A stretch of DNA of 64,000 bases from the human T2T-CHM13v2.0 reference genome, Homo sapiens, in assembly GCF_009914755.1 (NCBI RefSeq), contig NC_060939.1; one strand, 5' to 3'. Below, one piece after another: positions 12,784 through 27,200 of the stretch. The translations under genes were made by a program, and so were the position numbers. Under the pieces are notes generated by a model. It made no database searches. It was not told the origin of the DNA and saw nothing but the letters and a program-made list of their open reading frames with translations. The first letter of the stretch is position 1; every line of letters starts with the position of its first letter.

Positions 12784-12910
12784 AGCTGGGCACAGTGACA
12801 AGCGCATGTAGGTTCAGCTACTCAGGAGACCGGGGTTGGGAGGATCACTTGAGCCCAGGAGTTCAAGGCTAGCCAGGGAAACATGGCAGGACCCTGTCTC
12901 TGAAAATATA
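12784..12910 (+). mobile_element. Free left Alu monomer (FLAM)
   Basis: gctgggcacagtg...aggatcacttgagcccaggagttcaaggctagcc...accctgtctc followed by an A-rich end. Confidence 0.85.
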
Positions 12911-13624
12911 GAAAACAAAATACATTTCTGATAAGGAGCAAAACTAATAGCTGCTTTTCTGTGTTTACAGTGCAGACCTGGGAAGGTAACATTTTTATGT
13001 AGCATGAGGTTACAGCCTGACTAGAAACTATTGTAGGGGAGATAAACGGCTGTTGGCTGGCTGGCTTGCTTCTCCTGATGAATATTTACAGAAGAGACTG
13101 GCTATAGATGCCAGCAGCTGGCCTTCCCAACAGTGTCTTAATCATTACAGACAACGGAGCAGCCTGCATTGGCCTTTGAAGCAGTGTATTCCCTTATGAT
13201 TTGACCACAGTAGCCTGTTTCCCTCATGAACAGTAGAGGCCACTATTCCATGACACTTGCAAGATCTCTTCAGAAGCTAGTCATTCATGTAAGTAAATTA
13301 TATTCCTGCTAGATGCGGAACAGATGGACCAAGGTCCAAGATAACAGCAAACTTGTCCCATTTTTCACAGGTACATAGGCTGTAGCCAGATTTGAGCTTC
13401 AAGAGAATAGATGTGGAAAACAGATAGATGTGGATGATAAAGTATTTGAGTATCAATCCCAAGGGCTGAGACACTACCTACCATTTTAATCCACCTTAAA
13501 TCTTCAGAATATGCATCCTCAGTGAATTTCTTTATGAGGTCTCTGTCCTTACACCTATGCGCACACTGAAGCAGGACTTCACACTTTGACAAGTGCCAGA
13601 GATAGATCTCACTCCACAATGCCA

Positions 13625-14098
13625 CATATATTAGGTTACAATAATCTTATGTCTTTATAATTCTATATCTTATATATTACAATTATATACAAATATATAT
13701 AACACCTATTATATAATAGATATTTTATGTATTATATATTATCTATATATAATAGATATTATATATTATCTATATATAATAGATATTATATATTATTATG
13801 ATATATAATTGTTTATATATTATTTAATATATTATATATACTATAATTTATAATATATAATTATATATTATATCTAACATATAATATAGATATATAGTAG
13901 GTATATGATATATATCAGATATAATATATTAACACATATGTTATATGATCTATGTTTATAATTATATAAATATCTATAATATATAAATATATATAAATAT
14001 ATAATATATAAATATATTGAGTTATATTATATAACAGACATATATAATAGATATTATATTTCATATATATATGTGTGTGTATATATATATTTATATAT
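13625..14098. repeat. Degenerate (TA)n-rich low-complexity tract
   Basis: About 470 bp of nearly pure A/T with TATA units. Confidence 0.95.
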
Positions 14099-14473
14099 GA
14101 TTCATGGAGACAAAGGCAAAGGATGCCTGTCAGTCATCATACTGCAGAAACTGAATCATCCCCTTGGACATGTTTTATTTTTTCTATTCATAGTCCTCTC
14201 TCTTCCCATCTCTTTAATCAATCTACCTTTCCCCTCCTCATCGTAGCCTAAAATAAATTGCTGCCTAGAACCATTCAGCTCTCTCTCTTAACTTTTATTT
14301 TCTACCCAGTAAAACTAAAGTTTGGGAGCTATCCGTACAGTAAGCTGAGTTCATTCTTCCATATACATGCAAGTGTGTCAGCAGACCCAGAAAGAGCATG
14401 TCATGTGCTTGCCATGACACTCACCTTTCCCCCTTATACAAACATGATAATGTTCCATTTATGGGCACTTATG

Positions 14474-14950
14474 ATGTGCTAGGCACTTCACTTTAGTGCT
14501 TCATGTGCATCATTGTTTTACACAATCTTCTAAGGTAGATATCATTATGCGCAGTTTCAGTTCACAAATAAGCCAGATTCACTGAGTAAACAGCACAACC
14601 TAGGTTCTGAGTTGAAAAAAAACAGGATATATGCCTGTATCTGGCCCCAAAGCTTGGCCTGTCTGTAAAATCTCTATTGCTTCTGACAACAGGCATTGAG
14701 CAGATGGCTGGCCAGGGAGATGTTGGGGCACAGCCCAAGGTAGGGGAAAGTTCACCTACCTGTGAAGGGAGAAACCCCAACCTTGACTACATTTATAGAA
14801 GAACTAGGCACCAGAGGGACTCTCAAATCACAGACTCATAGAATTGGCAAGAAATTTAGAGATTATTTCTCAGGTACCATGAGGTACTTTCCCAAGATCA
14901 CACAATTAACTAGTGACAGAGCTAGAATAAGATCCCAGTCTTGTGAGTCC
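14474..14950 (-). mobile_element. MIR fragments
   Basis: MIR-core-like 'tgtgctaggcact...aaggtagatatcatt' and 'cccaagatcacacaattaactagtgacagagctagaa'. Confidence 0.55.
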
Positions 14951-15256
<306 letters not shown>

Positions 15257-15796
15257 TCAACTACACTTATGTCTTCTGAGGTCATGAGAGGATACATGTT
15301 GCTCATCTAACTCTTCTAAGTCTTACGTATTCTAAGTGTTGCTTCTGGGGAAATAAAGCTTCATATTCCTCTCCATGCTTCTGTAAAAAGTAAGGGGGGC
15401 AGGGTAGAGAAGAAAGGGTAACACTTGAAATACATGAAGCTTTTTTTAGCAAAGCACATTAATAAATCTTAAGCTGTGCAAAGTGTGAATGAGGGAGGAG
15501 GTGGTAAGTGCTAGAGCTAAAATGCTCTTCATAATAATATAAGGATTTTTTTTTATCACAACTGGGAGACAGAGAAGCAGTAGGAGAGAAAGCTGAACAA
15601 TGTCATGAGACTCTGAAATCTAAGTTGGTGGAAATGGAGAAGGGACTTTCAGAGGACCAGAAAAGCTAATATTCAATGTTAGAATATTTTCTAAACAGCG
15701 CTGCAACATGAGTACATGATTACCTCAATATCCAGTAAAATCTGCCACACATAGTTGTAGATATTTGCTTGTGCAAGTTGCTTCTTGTTGACTGGT

Positions 15797-15928
15797 TGTT
15801 ATGGTTTGAATGCATGTGTACTTTCAAACTTCAAATATTGAAACCTATCACCAAGGCAATGGAGTTACAAGGCAGGGCCTTTGGGAGGTGATTAATGTCC
15901 TTAAAAAAGAGGCTGCAGAGAACATTTG

Positions 15929-15961
<33 letters not shown>

Positions 15962-16157
15962 CTTTCCACTCTTCCACCTTGTGAGGACACAGCAACAAGC
16001 TGCCCTCTTGGAAGCAGAAAGCAGCTCTCACCAGACATCAAATCTGCCAGCACATTGATCTTGGACTTCCCACCCTTCAGAACTGTGAGACATTTCTGTT
16101 GTTTATAACTCACCCTGTCTATGGTATTTTGTTATAGCAGGAGAAATGGACTAAACT
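15797..16157 (+). mobile_element. MLT1A-type MaLR solo LTR with an internal poly(T) run
   Basis: tgttatggtttgaatg...ttgatcttggacttcc...gttatagcag...ggactaa. Confidence 0.85.
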
Positions 16158-17628
16158 ACTCTTACAAGTGAATTTTGGAAGAAAGAAAGAGTCATGTCTG
16201 AACTTTAGGTCAATGCTGGATTGGAGATAAACAAATAGCCATTAGTTATAGAATGAAGTATTCCACAAATACTAGAAGAAAGTATTTGTAGAAATGTTCA
16301 GGGAAAAAAAAAAAACAACAGAACAGAACATAGAATGGGGGATGGAGCAAGGCAATCTTAGAATCAAAGAGTGGGTGGCTTCTTCTGACATCTAGATTAT
16401 AGAAGATTCTTCAACAGTGTTGTCTTCTTTCCTCTTCATTCTCTCAAAGAAGTCAATAAAAGCTCCCTCTCACTTTCCCACCACACAAGAGGCAAACCAT
16501 GTGGAAGGTTATAGAATTCCACCAGATTTTAATTGTGAGGTTGTAGGGTAGGTAGGTGTTAATTTTTCTCCTAAAATTAGAATGATTTTCCCTGGGTTGT
16601 TTTATTGGATTCCATGCTCTGCTGTAAGAATATTTTAATGCAAATGAACTAAAATTGTATAATTTTTTGCTGTCATCTTTCATCCAAAGCACATAAAATT
16701 CCTAAGTTTCACTCAAATTTCTAGCAGTACATTGTAAATTTCTTAAAGTACTGTGGATAGCTATAGAAAATGTTGTACTTAACTATGCTAAGAAAATATT
16801 TTTTAAACAAAATTTTCTGTTTATTCTATTTTTAGAAAATAATCAGTTAAATTGACTTTCTCACCTCTAGACACTTCTCAGAGAACCATGAAAACAAATT
16901 CAAGGCAGAATAGTGACCTTCTTTGAGTCCCTTTAATTCATTATCTGCATCTGCATCTCCATTCTGATGCAAGTAGATGGACGTTTTGCCTTGGTCATTC
17001 CTGTTAATTGAAAACACTCTGTTATCTTTTCTAAAATCAAGTTATGTTCTTGAGAGTGTATTTATTTTAAAAGATTCTGAAACTCAATTTCTCACTAATT
17101 CATATTAGCTTTTCTTTCATATCAGCTTTTTTTTTAAAATTAACTTGTACTCTATTCTCTGTGGAGTTAATATCTTGGTTGGAACCTTTCCACTCAAGAA
17201 ATAAATGGTCCAGTGAAGGAAGTAATGTGCCATTATCATCCTTATGCTTTGAAAATCTGTAGAATTTTGGAACTAGAAAAAAACAACTGAGACAATTGAG
17301 TTCTAGAGAAGTTGGGTTACACAGATAACTAGTACTAGAAGGCAGAACACACAGAATCATAGAAACTTGGGTTTATAAGAGATTTTGAAGGGCAGTTAGT
17401 TCAATCTCTCAAATATATTTTTAAAGAGAGGCTTGCACATAGTGAACATTCAACAAATAGAAATTAAATGAATGTAGAAATGTACATACTGACCAGCCTA
17501 GTGATTACTCAGCTTCTGCTTAGAAGCCATAAAGAAAAACCCCAATAAAAGTATTTTCAAATTTGAAATATAACTGAATAAAACTCTTTCTGATGGAAGC
17601 GAAAAAAGAGCCAAGGGGGGTAAGGGAT

Positions 17629-17630
<2 letters not shown>

Positions 17631-17671
<41 letters not shown>
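17631..17671. repeat. (TG)n microsatellite
   Basis: About 20 TG units. Confidence 0.97.
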
Positions 17672-17673
<2 letters not shown>

Positions 17674-20600
17674 AAATCAAGCATTTTTATTGTGGTAAAA
17701 AATACATACGAAATTTTTCATCTTAATAATTTTTAAGTGTACAGTTCAGCAGCATTAAGTACATTCACACTTTTGTGTAACCATCACTGCCATCCATCTC
17801 CAGAGGTCTTTTTATCTTGCAAAACTGATACTCTGTACCCATTAAACAATATCTCCCCATTTCTCTTTCTCCCAGTCCCTGAAAAACACCAATTTACTTT
17901 CTATGAATTTGACTACTTTAGGTACCTCATATAAATGGAATTACACAGTATTGGTCTTTTCATGACTGGTTTATTTCACTTTATATGTCTTCAAGTTTCA
18001 TCCATGTTGCAGCATACAAGATTCCCTTTCTTTTTAAGACTGAATAATTCATCTGTTAATGGACACTTATGTTGCTTCCACATTTTAGCTATGGTGAATA
18101 ATGCTGCTATGAACATCGGGGTACAGATATCTCTTCAAGATTTTCCTTTCAATTCTGGCTGTATATCCAGAAGGAGAATTGTTGAAACACATGATAATTC
18201 TATTTTGAATTTTTTAAGGAACCACCATACTGTTTTCCATACAGTAGCTGCCCCACTTTACATTTTGACCAATAGTGCACAAAAGTTCCAATATCTCCAC
18301 ACCTTCATCAACATACATTTTTTGTATTTTTGATAGTAGTCATCCTAATGTGTGTAAGGTGATATCTCACCATGTTTTTTATTTTCACTTTTCTAATAAT
18401 TAGTGATGTTGAGCATCCTTTCATGTGCTTACTGACCATTTGTTTATATCGTCTTTGAAGCAATGTCTATTCAAGTCATTCACCTATTTTTAATTAAGTT
18501 GTTATTATTGAGTTATCTCTATATTCTGTATATTAATCCCTTATCAGACATATACTTTGCAAATATTTTCTCTCATTTTGTGGGTTGCCTTTTTACTCTG
18601 TCAATTAAGTCTTTTGAGGCCAAAAGTTTTTAATTTTTATGAAGATCAATTTGTTGTTGTTTTTGTTTTGTTGCTTAGGCCTTTGGTGCTATATCTAAAA
18701 AATTGCCAAATCTAGTGTTATAAAGACTTTGTCCTGTGTCATATTTTATGTTTAGGCTTTTGATCCATTTTGAGTTAATTTTTGCATACGATGTTATGTA
18801 AAGGTCAAAATTGATTCTTTTGCAATGTGGTCATACAGTTTACCCAGGACTGTATGGTGAAAATACTAACCTTTCCCCCAGTGAATTGTCTTGGCACACT
18901 TATCAAAACTCATTTGACTATATATGTGAGGATTTATTTTTGGGCTCTCTATTCTGTTCCATTGGCCAATGTGTCTGTCTTTATGCCAGCACCACTCTGG
19001 TTTGATGACTGTGGCTTTTTAGTAAGTTTTGAAATCAGGAAGTATAAGCCTCCCATCTTCTTTTTAAATATTATTTTAGCTATTTATCGTCTCTTAAGAT
19101 TCCATGTAAATTTTAGGATAAACTTTTCTATTTCTGCCCAAAAAAAAGTCATTGGGATTTTGATAGGCATTGCACTGAATTTGTATACCACTTTGGGTAA
19201 CATTGACATCTTAGCAATTTTAAGTCTCCCAATCCATGAATGTAAAATGTCTTTCTATTTATTTATTCTTTAATTTATTTCAGCAATGTTTCATAATTTT
19301 CTTTGTTTCTCTTTTACTTTCTAGGTTAATACTTAAGCATTTTATAATTTTTGAAGCTATTGTAAATGAAATTTTATTAATTTCCTCTTCAGATTGTTTA
19401 TTGTTAGTGTGTAGAAATGCAAGTGATTTTTGTTTATTTTTGTTTCCTGCTACTTTGCTGAATTCATTTATTATTTTAACAATTTTATTAGGTGAAATCT
19501 TTAGAGTTTTCCATGTATAAAATCATGCCATCTGTAAACAGAGATACTTTTACTTTTTCCTTTCCAATTTAAATGCCTTTTTACTTCTTTTTCTTGCCTT
19601 ATTGCTCTGGCTACAACTTCCAGTACTATGTTGAATAGAAATGGCAAACATGGGCATCCTTTCCTTGTTTCTGATCTAAGAGGAAAAGCTTTTAGTCTTT
19701 CACCATTGAGTATGATGTTTGCTGTGAGTTTTTTCATACATAGCTTTTATTATGTTGAGGTAGTTTTCTTATCTTCCTAGTTTGTTGAGTGTTTTTAAAA
19801 TCACATAATGGTGTTAAATTTTGTTAAAGGCCCTTTCTGCATCAATTGAGATAACTGTAATTTTGCCTTTATTCTGTTAATGTGGTGTATTACATTGATC
19901 AATTTTCACATGTTGGACCATCCTTGCATTCCAGGAATAAATTCCACTTGGTCATGGTGTATAATCTCTTTAATATGCTGTTAAATTTAGTTTGCTAGTA
20001 TTTTGTTAAAGATTTTGCATCAATGTTCATAAGGGATATTGTTTTGTAGTTTTCTTTTCTTGCAGTGTTTTTGTCTGGCTTTTGTATCAGGACAATGCTG
20101 GCCTCATAGAATTAGTTAGGATGTAATTCCTCCTGTATGATATTTTTCAAAAGTTTGAGAATTGGTATTCTTCTCTAAATGTTTGGTACATTTCTCCAGT
20201 GATGCCATCAGGCCCAGGGTTTTCTTTATTGGGATTTTTTATTGCTAAGCCAGTCTTCTTACTACTTATAGGTATATTCAGGTTTTCTAATTCTTCATGC
20301 TTCAGTCTTGGTAGGTTTTGTGTTTCTAGGAATTTATAAATTTCTTCCAGGTTATTCAATGTGTTAAAATTATTCATAGTACTCTCTTATAATCCTTTTA
20401 ATTTTTGTAGCATCAATAATAATCCTTTAATTTCTGATTTTAGTAATTTGAGTCTTCTTTTTCTTAGTTTATCTAGCCAAAGCTTTGTCAGTTTGTTGAT
20501 AAAGAATCAACTTTTGGTTATGCTAATTTTCTCTATTATTAAACAAAAAAATTTCTGCTCTAATCTTTATTATTTGTTTCTTCCTGCTAGCTTTGGGTTC

Positions 20601-20903
20601 AGTGTGTTCTTTTTTTACTTTCTTAAATTATTATACATTTAAGTAGTTTATTTGAGATTTTTCTCAAATATAAATATTTATATCTACAAATTTCCTCCTC
20701 AGCACTGTTTTTGCTGCATACAGTAAGTTTTAGTATGTTGTGTTTTCATTTTCATTTGTCTCAAGGTATTTTCTAATTTCCCTTGTAATTTCATCTTGGA
20801 TACATTGGTTGTTTAAGTGTGTTTCTCCACAAATTCATGAATTTTCCAATTTTCTCTCTGTTATTGATTTCTTCCTTCATCCCACTATAGTTAGGGAAGA
20901 GGA

Positions 20904-21234
20904 TCTCTTAATACATTTGTGCTGCTATAACAGAATACCACAGACTGGGTAATCTACAAAGAACAGTTTTGGAAGGTGGGAAGTCCAATATCAAGGTGCC
21001 AGAATCTTATGAATGTCTTTTTGCTACATTCTAACATGGTGGAATAGGGAAGCACAAAAGGTGGATGAACACGGTCCTCACACAGCATAGGAGCAGAAGA
21101 AAACCCACTCCTGCATGCCATTTTTCTAAGAGCATTAATCCATTCATGAGGAGAGAGTTCTCCCAAAAGCCCCACTTCTCAACACTGCCAAGTTCCTAGC
21201 ACATAAATTTGGAGAACATATTCAGACCACAGCA
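20904..21234 (-). mobile_element. MSTC/MSTD-like MaLR solo LTR inside L1MB
   Basis: gctgctataacagaataccacagactgggtaat...gggaagtccaatatcaaggtgcc...ttcagaccacagca. Confidence 0.8.
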
Positions 21235-22963
21235 GATACTTTATATTATATCTCTCTTTTTAAATCTATTGAGACTTAATTTCTGATCTATCATAGGTCT
21301 GTCCTGAAGAATGTTCCATATGAACCTGAGAAGAATGTTAATTCTGCTGTTGTTGAATAAAGTGTTCTGTATATGTCTGTTAGATCTAATCGGCTAATTG
21401 TGTTGTTCAAGTCTTCTGTTTTCTTATTCATCTTCTGTCTGGTTGTTCTATCCATTACTGACAGTGAGCTATTAAAGTCTTCAACAATTATTGTAAATCT
21501 ACTTCTCCCTCCAATTCTGTTTTTGTTTCATATATTTTGATGGTCTGTTAGTAGGTGTAAAATTATTATATCTTTTTCCTGTATAGAAACTTCTATTAAA
21601 ATATAATGACCTTCTTTGTTCCTTGTGATTGTTTTAATCTGAAGTCAATTTTGCCAGATATTAGTATAGCCACTCCCACTCTCTTGTGGTTACAAGTTGT
21701 ATGGAATATCTTTTTCCATCATTTTACTGTTAACCTATTCATATCTCTGGATCTAAAGTGAATTGCTCGATGACAGCATATAGTTGGATCATGTGTGTGT
21801 GGGATTTTTTAAAATTTATTCTGCCAATCTCTGTCTTTTGATTGGAGAGTTTAATCTATTTATATTTAAAGCACTTACTGATAACGATAAACTGATTTTG
21901 GTCATTTTGCTATATTTTTCTATATACCTTTTATCTTTTTTCACCCTCATTTCCTGCATTACTGTCTTCTTTTGTGTTTAGTTGATTTTTATATTGAAAC
22001 ACTGTAATTTCCTTCTAATTTCCTTTTGTATATATTCTATAGCCATTTTTATGATTACTATGGGGATTACATTTAACATCCTCAAGTTATAATATTCTCA
22101 TTTGAATTTATATCAGCCTAACTTTACTAACATACAAAACCTCTGGTCCTATACAGCTCCATCCTCACATCCTTTCAGTTATTGATCACAAATTACGTCT
22201 TTATACGTTGTGTGTCCAAAAGCATAAATAACTGTTTTATGCATCAATTTTATAAACTATTTAAAAAACAAAATGTAGAGTTACAAATCAAAGTTTCCAT
22301 AATACTAGCTTTTAGAATAGTAATTTTAAAAATGTTAGTCTCTTAAATCATGTAGAAAACAAAAAGTAGAGTTACAAACCAAAGTTACAATAATACTAGC
22401 TTTTATAATTGCCCAGATATTTACCTTTGCTGAGATCTTTATTTCTCCATAGAGCTTCCAGTTACTGTCTTGAATATTCTCAAGTGCATATGGAACATTT
22501 CATTTCAACCTACAGGACTCCTTTTAGTTTTTCTTGTGGGACATGTCTAGTGGTAATGAATTATCTCAGCTTTTATCTGGAAACATCTTCATTTCTCTCT
22601 CACTTTTGAAAAACAGTTTTAAATGTTTCTGAAGGACTTTGGCTTCTCACAGTTTGATTATAATGTGTCTCAGTGTGGGCCTCTTTGAGTTCCTACTAGG
22701 AATTTTTTGAGCTTGATAAATGTTTACATTTATGTCTTTTATCAAATTTGGAAAGTTTTCAGCTATTCTTTCTCTGAATACTCTCTGCTTCTCTTTCTCT
22801 TCTTCTAGGACTTCCGCAACATGTATGCTGGTCTGATGGTGTCCCACAGATCCCTTAGGACCTTTTCACTTTTCTTCCAATAGTCTTATCTTCAAGTTCC
22901 TCAATTGTTTCTTAGGCTTGCTCAAATCTGTTTTTGAATCCCTTCAATAATTTTTTTATTTCA

Positions 22964-24268
22964 TGCAATCTTTGACAAAGCTGACAAAAACAAGCAATGG
23001 GGAAAGGACTCCCTATTCAATAAATGGTGCTGGGATAACTGGCTAGCCATATGCAGAAGATTGAAACTGAACCCGTTGCTTACACCATGTACAAAAACCA
23101 ACTTAAGATGGATTAAAGACTTAAATGTAAAACCCAAATATATAAAAAACCCTGGAAAACAATCTAGGCAATAGTATTTTGGCCATAGGAACTGGCAAAG
23201 GTTTCATGATGAAGACTCCAAAAGCAATTGCAGCAAAAGCAAAACTTGACAAATGGGATCTAATCAAACTAAAGAGTTTCTGCACATCAAAAGTAGCTAT
23301 CAAGAAACAGCCTACAGAATGGGAGAAATTATTTGCAAAACTATGTATCTGACAAAGGTCTAATATCCAGCATCTATGAAGAACTTAGACAAATTTACAA
23401 GAAAAAAACAACCTCATTGAAAGGTGGGCAAAGGACATGAACACACACTTTTTTTAAAGAAGACATACATGCGGCCAACAAGTGTATTTTTTAAAAGTTC
23501 AATATCACTGGTCATTAGAGAAATGCAAATCAAAACCACAGTAAGGTACCATCTCACACCAGTCAGAATGGTTATTATTAAAAGTCAAAAAATAACAGAT
23601 GCTGGAGAGGTTGCAAAGGAACAGGAACTTATACACTGTTGGTGGGAGTGTAAATTAGTTCCACCGTTGTGGAAAGCAGAGTGGTGATTCCTCAAAGAAC
23701 TAAAAACAGAAATACCATTTGACCCAGAAATCCCATTACTGGGTATATACCCAAAGGAATATAAATCATTCTATCGTAAGGACACATGCACGTATACATT
23801 CACTGCAGTACTATTCACAATAGCAAAGACATGGAATCAATCTAAATGCCTATCAATGGTAGATTAGATTTTAAAGATGTGGTATACATACATTGTGGAA
23901 TATTATGCAGCCATAAAAAAGAACTAGATCATGTTCTTTGAAGGAACATGGATGGAGTTAAAGGCCATCGTCCTTAGCAAATTAACGTAAGAACAGAAAC
24001 CCAAATACTGCATGTTCTCACTTATAAGTGGGAGCTAAATTATGAGAACACATGGACACACAAAAGGGGAACATCAGACACTGGGGACTACCTGAGAGTA
24101 GAGGATGGGAAGAGGGAGAGAAGCAGAAACAAATAACTATTTTGTACTAGCTTTATTACCTGGGTGATAAAATAATCTGTACAACAAACCCCAATGACAT
24201 GAATTTACCTATATAACAAACTTGCACAAGTACCCCTGAACCTAAAATAAAAGTTTTTAAAAAATTAA
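22964..24268 (+). mobile_element. 5'-truncated L1PA13-16-like 3' fragment inside L1MB
   Basis: ORF2 C-terminus (IREMQIKTTVRYHLTPVRM) and 3'UTR ending cccctgaacctaaaataaaag; 15-bp TSD with 2 mismatches (22949-22963, 24269-24283). Confidence 0.92.
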
Positions 24269-27200
24269 AATATTTTCATTTCAGTTATGATATTTTTTAG
24301 CTCCAAAATTTCTTTTTAGTTTATTTTTTTACAGTTTCTATTTATCAATATTTTCATTCTGTTCATACATTGTTGTGTTTACTTTTTCTAGATCTTTTAA
24401 GTCCTTGAGCATCTTTATGAGAGTTGCTTTAAAGTATTTGTCTAGCAAGTTCACCATCTGGATTTTCTTGGGGTTTCTGTTTTTTTTTAAATGGGGGCCA
24501 CATTTTACCATTTTTTAATATGCTTGGTGATGTTTCTTGTTGAAAATTGAACATCTGGATTATAATGAAGTAATTCGGAAAAGAAGTTTCTCCTCCTTCC
24601 CCAGGGTTTGCTAATTTGGGTTTTTTTTTTTATTTTTGATTGTTATAGACTGTCTGCGAGGGATGAGCCTGAGGTGTCAGCATCTTCACAGGTCTTTTGA
24701 GCCTGCATGCACAAAAGGGTCTACTGTCCCTGGGTATGCACATTAACTCTCTGAATTTCTCTGTATATGTGGTTACTTTTGAATGTCTTAGATTTTAAAT
24801 ATCTGGTTCCCAAAACCAGATTACAATGAAGGGATAGGAGATTGGGGGTAGAATATCAAAAGAGTGCTGACCCTTTAAATCCTCTGAAAGTTAATTCAGC
24901 TTTGGGGGAGAGCCTTGCAATGGTGTGGGGAGGGTGTAACAATGGCTGCCTACCTATGTGTCTGCATCTCCAAGATCAAAAATAGCAATCATGGATCAGA
25001 TCATAGATCCCCAATTTATGAAGGACAGGGCTTTGAGGCTTACCCGGCTCCCACAATGGGTACGGATGTGTTGCCTGCCCTTGGGGTGGGGCATGGGAGA
25101 TGGGTAGCTGCTACTCTGCTAAAAGCTGAACTTACCCAGTTTGTCATCCAAACTTTCCCCTGGAAGTTGTAAGCCTTCAAACAGATTCTAGATCAGACAG
25201 GTTTTGCCAGTGCAGTTGTTGTCTAGGTAGGAAGACAGATTCCTGGTGCTTCCTGCTCTACCATCTTCCCAGAATCCTCGACTTAATCTAGTTTTATAAA
25301 ATTGGGGAACCAACCTTAACTCAAAAAAAGAATTTAAACCTCTCCTCCATCCAGTCTTTCTCTGCAGAGCAGAGGATCCACTGTTGGTGTCCCTGTGGCC
25401 CAGCTGGAAGGTGAGGGAAGTAATACAGTGACAGAGAGGGAGAAGTCTACAGTGAAAGCCTAGTGACCCCAGAGAAAAGGGCCCAAGAGGCTCCCAGGCC
25501 TCCATTAGCAGGCTTCCAGATTAAAACAGTGTTCAATAAAAAGGACAATGCAAGATCCGGCTAAGAGAGTCAGGAACTAGAGGAGGAGAAGCATGACAAG
25601 ATTTTCCAGTGGCTAGTAGGAAACAAGGCTCACATATTCCCTGAGCTGGAGTCTCACTGTTCTCATGGCTTTTTACCTGGTGCCCCTACCCTCAGATATG
25701 GATGTAAGGAAAGAGTTAAAAAAGATTATGCTAAAAGGATACCAAATATACTAAATATACGACTTGATAGTCATTGCAATTGGTTGCGCTTTTGATTCAA
25801 CCTCTCATTCCAGCTGCTTGATAATCTCTGGGATCCTGCATCTGCACTTACCATGTCAGCTGGTCCACCCAGCTTCCTATCACACTTCAGTTCCATAAAT
25901 GGCTGCCTACAGAGGAAAGCTTCACATGTGCCTAAAAACTCCCTTCAGATCGTCATCAGCCCGTATTCAGCCACAAGGAGGTCTTTCAATCTGAAACTCC
26001 AGAGATATTAATATCTATCGCTGTACAAGCCAGCCCAGTTCTGGGAAGGAAGGAAGGGAAGGGAATGTGTGAAGACAAGAGTGAGTGGTGGGTGGGGAGG
26101 ACTGTTCTGTGCATGTTCCTATCACTTTAGTAGCTCATCAAAGAGAGCAAACGTCAGCACCTCTTGATTTGGTTTTGACTCCCCCAGATTTCTACAATTT
26201 CAGATTCTTGTTTTAAGTGCCAGTAAAACCTTTTCCCTTGGGGCTAGGGAACTGTGCAAAGGAAATAATAATACTGGCAGAGTGATTTGTTAGGTGTTCA
26301 ATGGTGCTAAATCCTTATAAGCAAAAGCTCTCCCTACCTCCACCTATTTGTGCCCTCCCTACGCCCACATACCAGCCAATCTGGAAATGAGGAAAAACAC
26401 TACAAAAGAGGAAAGGCAGACTCAGCCCCTCTCTAGGGACCTTTGTGCCAGCTACAAAGGAAAGACCACTACAGAGGTAAAAAAAAAATCTTTCTCCTGT
26501 CTTTGCCACCCACTCCCCCAATCATGCTCTTAAGACTTAAAGCCACAAGTCAACAGAGCTTCTCCACATTGTTCTTTTTCCCTTTTCATTCAGATTCCAA
26601 AATAATCAGAGAAACCCCACCTTACTTTCTCACTCCACAGGAGATGAACCATGCAGTTTGGTAAAATTATTTTGCATCCTGCAATCAGATTTTTATTTCT
26701 CCTCTTTCCCTCTGATGTAGCTTGCATTTCTTGGACAATAATGGTTAGAAAGTTGCCTCAGTAACAGGCCTTGGCATTTCTCACAAAGTCCAAATTGGTA
26801 ACTTCCACCGAAGAGCCCAGTGGCTAATCCCAAATGTGCTTTCTAATTTATGCTCTGTCTGATCCAAAACTGCTCTGTGAATTTCCCACTGTCATGTTCC
26901 TGCAGTTCAGTCAGTCATTTTGTAGAAGCACATGATCCTTAGGATCCCAGCACTATATGGCACGGCTGCAAAAATTATTTTTATCTCTGGCTGCTCTATG
27001 AGGACTCAGAAAAGATATAAGAAATAGATGAGAAAATAACAAAATTGCGTTTCCAGAGGTATATTAGAGTGGACTGTTATGCAATCCCCTCCAAAAAAAA
27101 AACAAACAAACAAACAAAACCTGTATTCACTTTATCCACACGATGGTGCTAGCCTCAAAAAAATCGCCCTTCTCAGTCTTGCAAGAAGAATGAAAACAGT

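Larger units (their letters stand above)
17684..25279 (-). mobile_element. Near-full-length ancient LINE-1 (L1MB3-like 3' end, L1M4/MB-type 5' end)
   Basis: 3' end 'ttttattgtggtaaaa...gtgtacagttcag...accatcactgccatccatctccag'. ORF2 remnants ([33 protein letters not shown]), ORF1 remnant (RPTLRHIIIKL). 5' end reads gaggattctgggaagatgg. Confidence 0.85.

Noticed and set aside
13625-14098. AT-rich tract as a structured array
   Set aside because: Ordinary degenerate (TA)n expansion with only short internal repeats; no repeat-spacer organisation.
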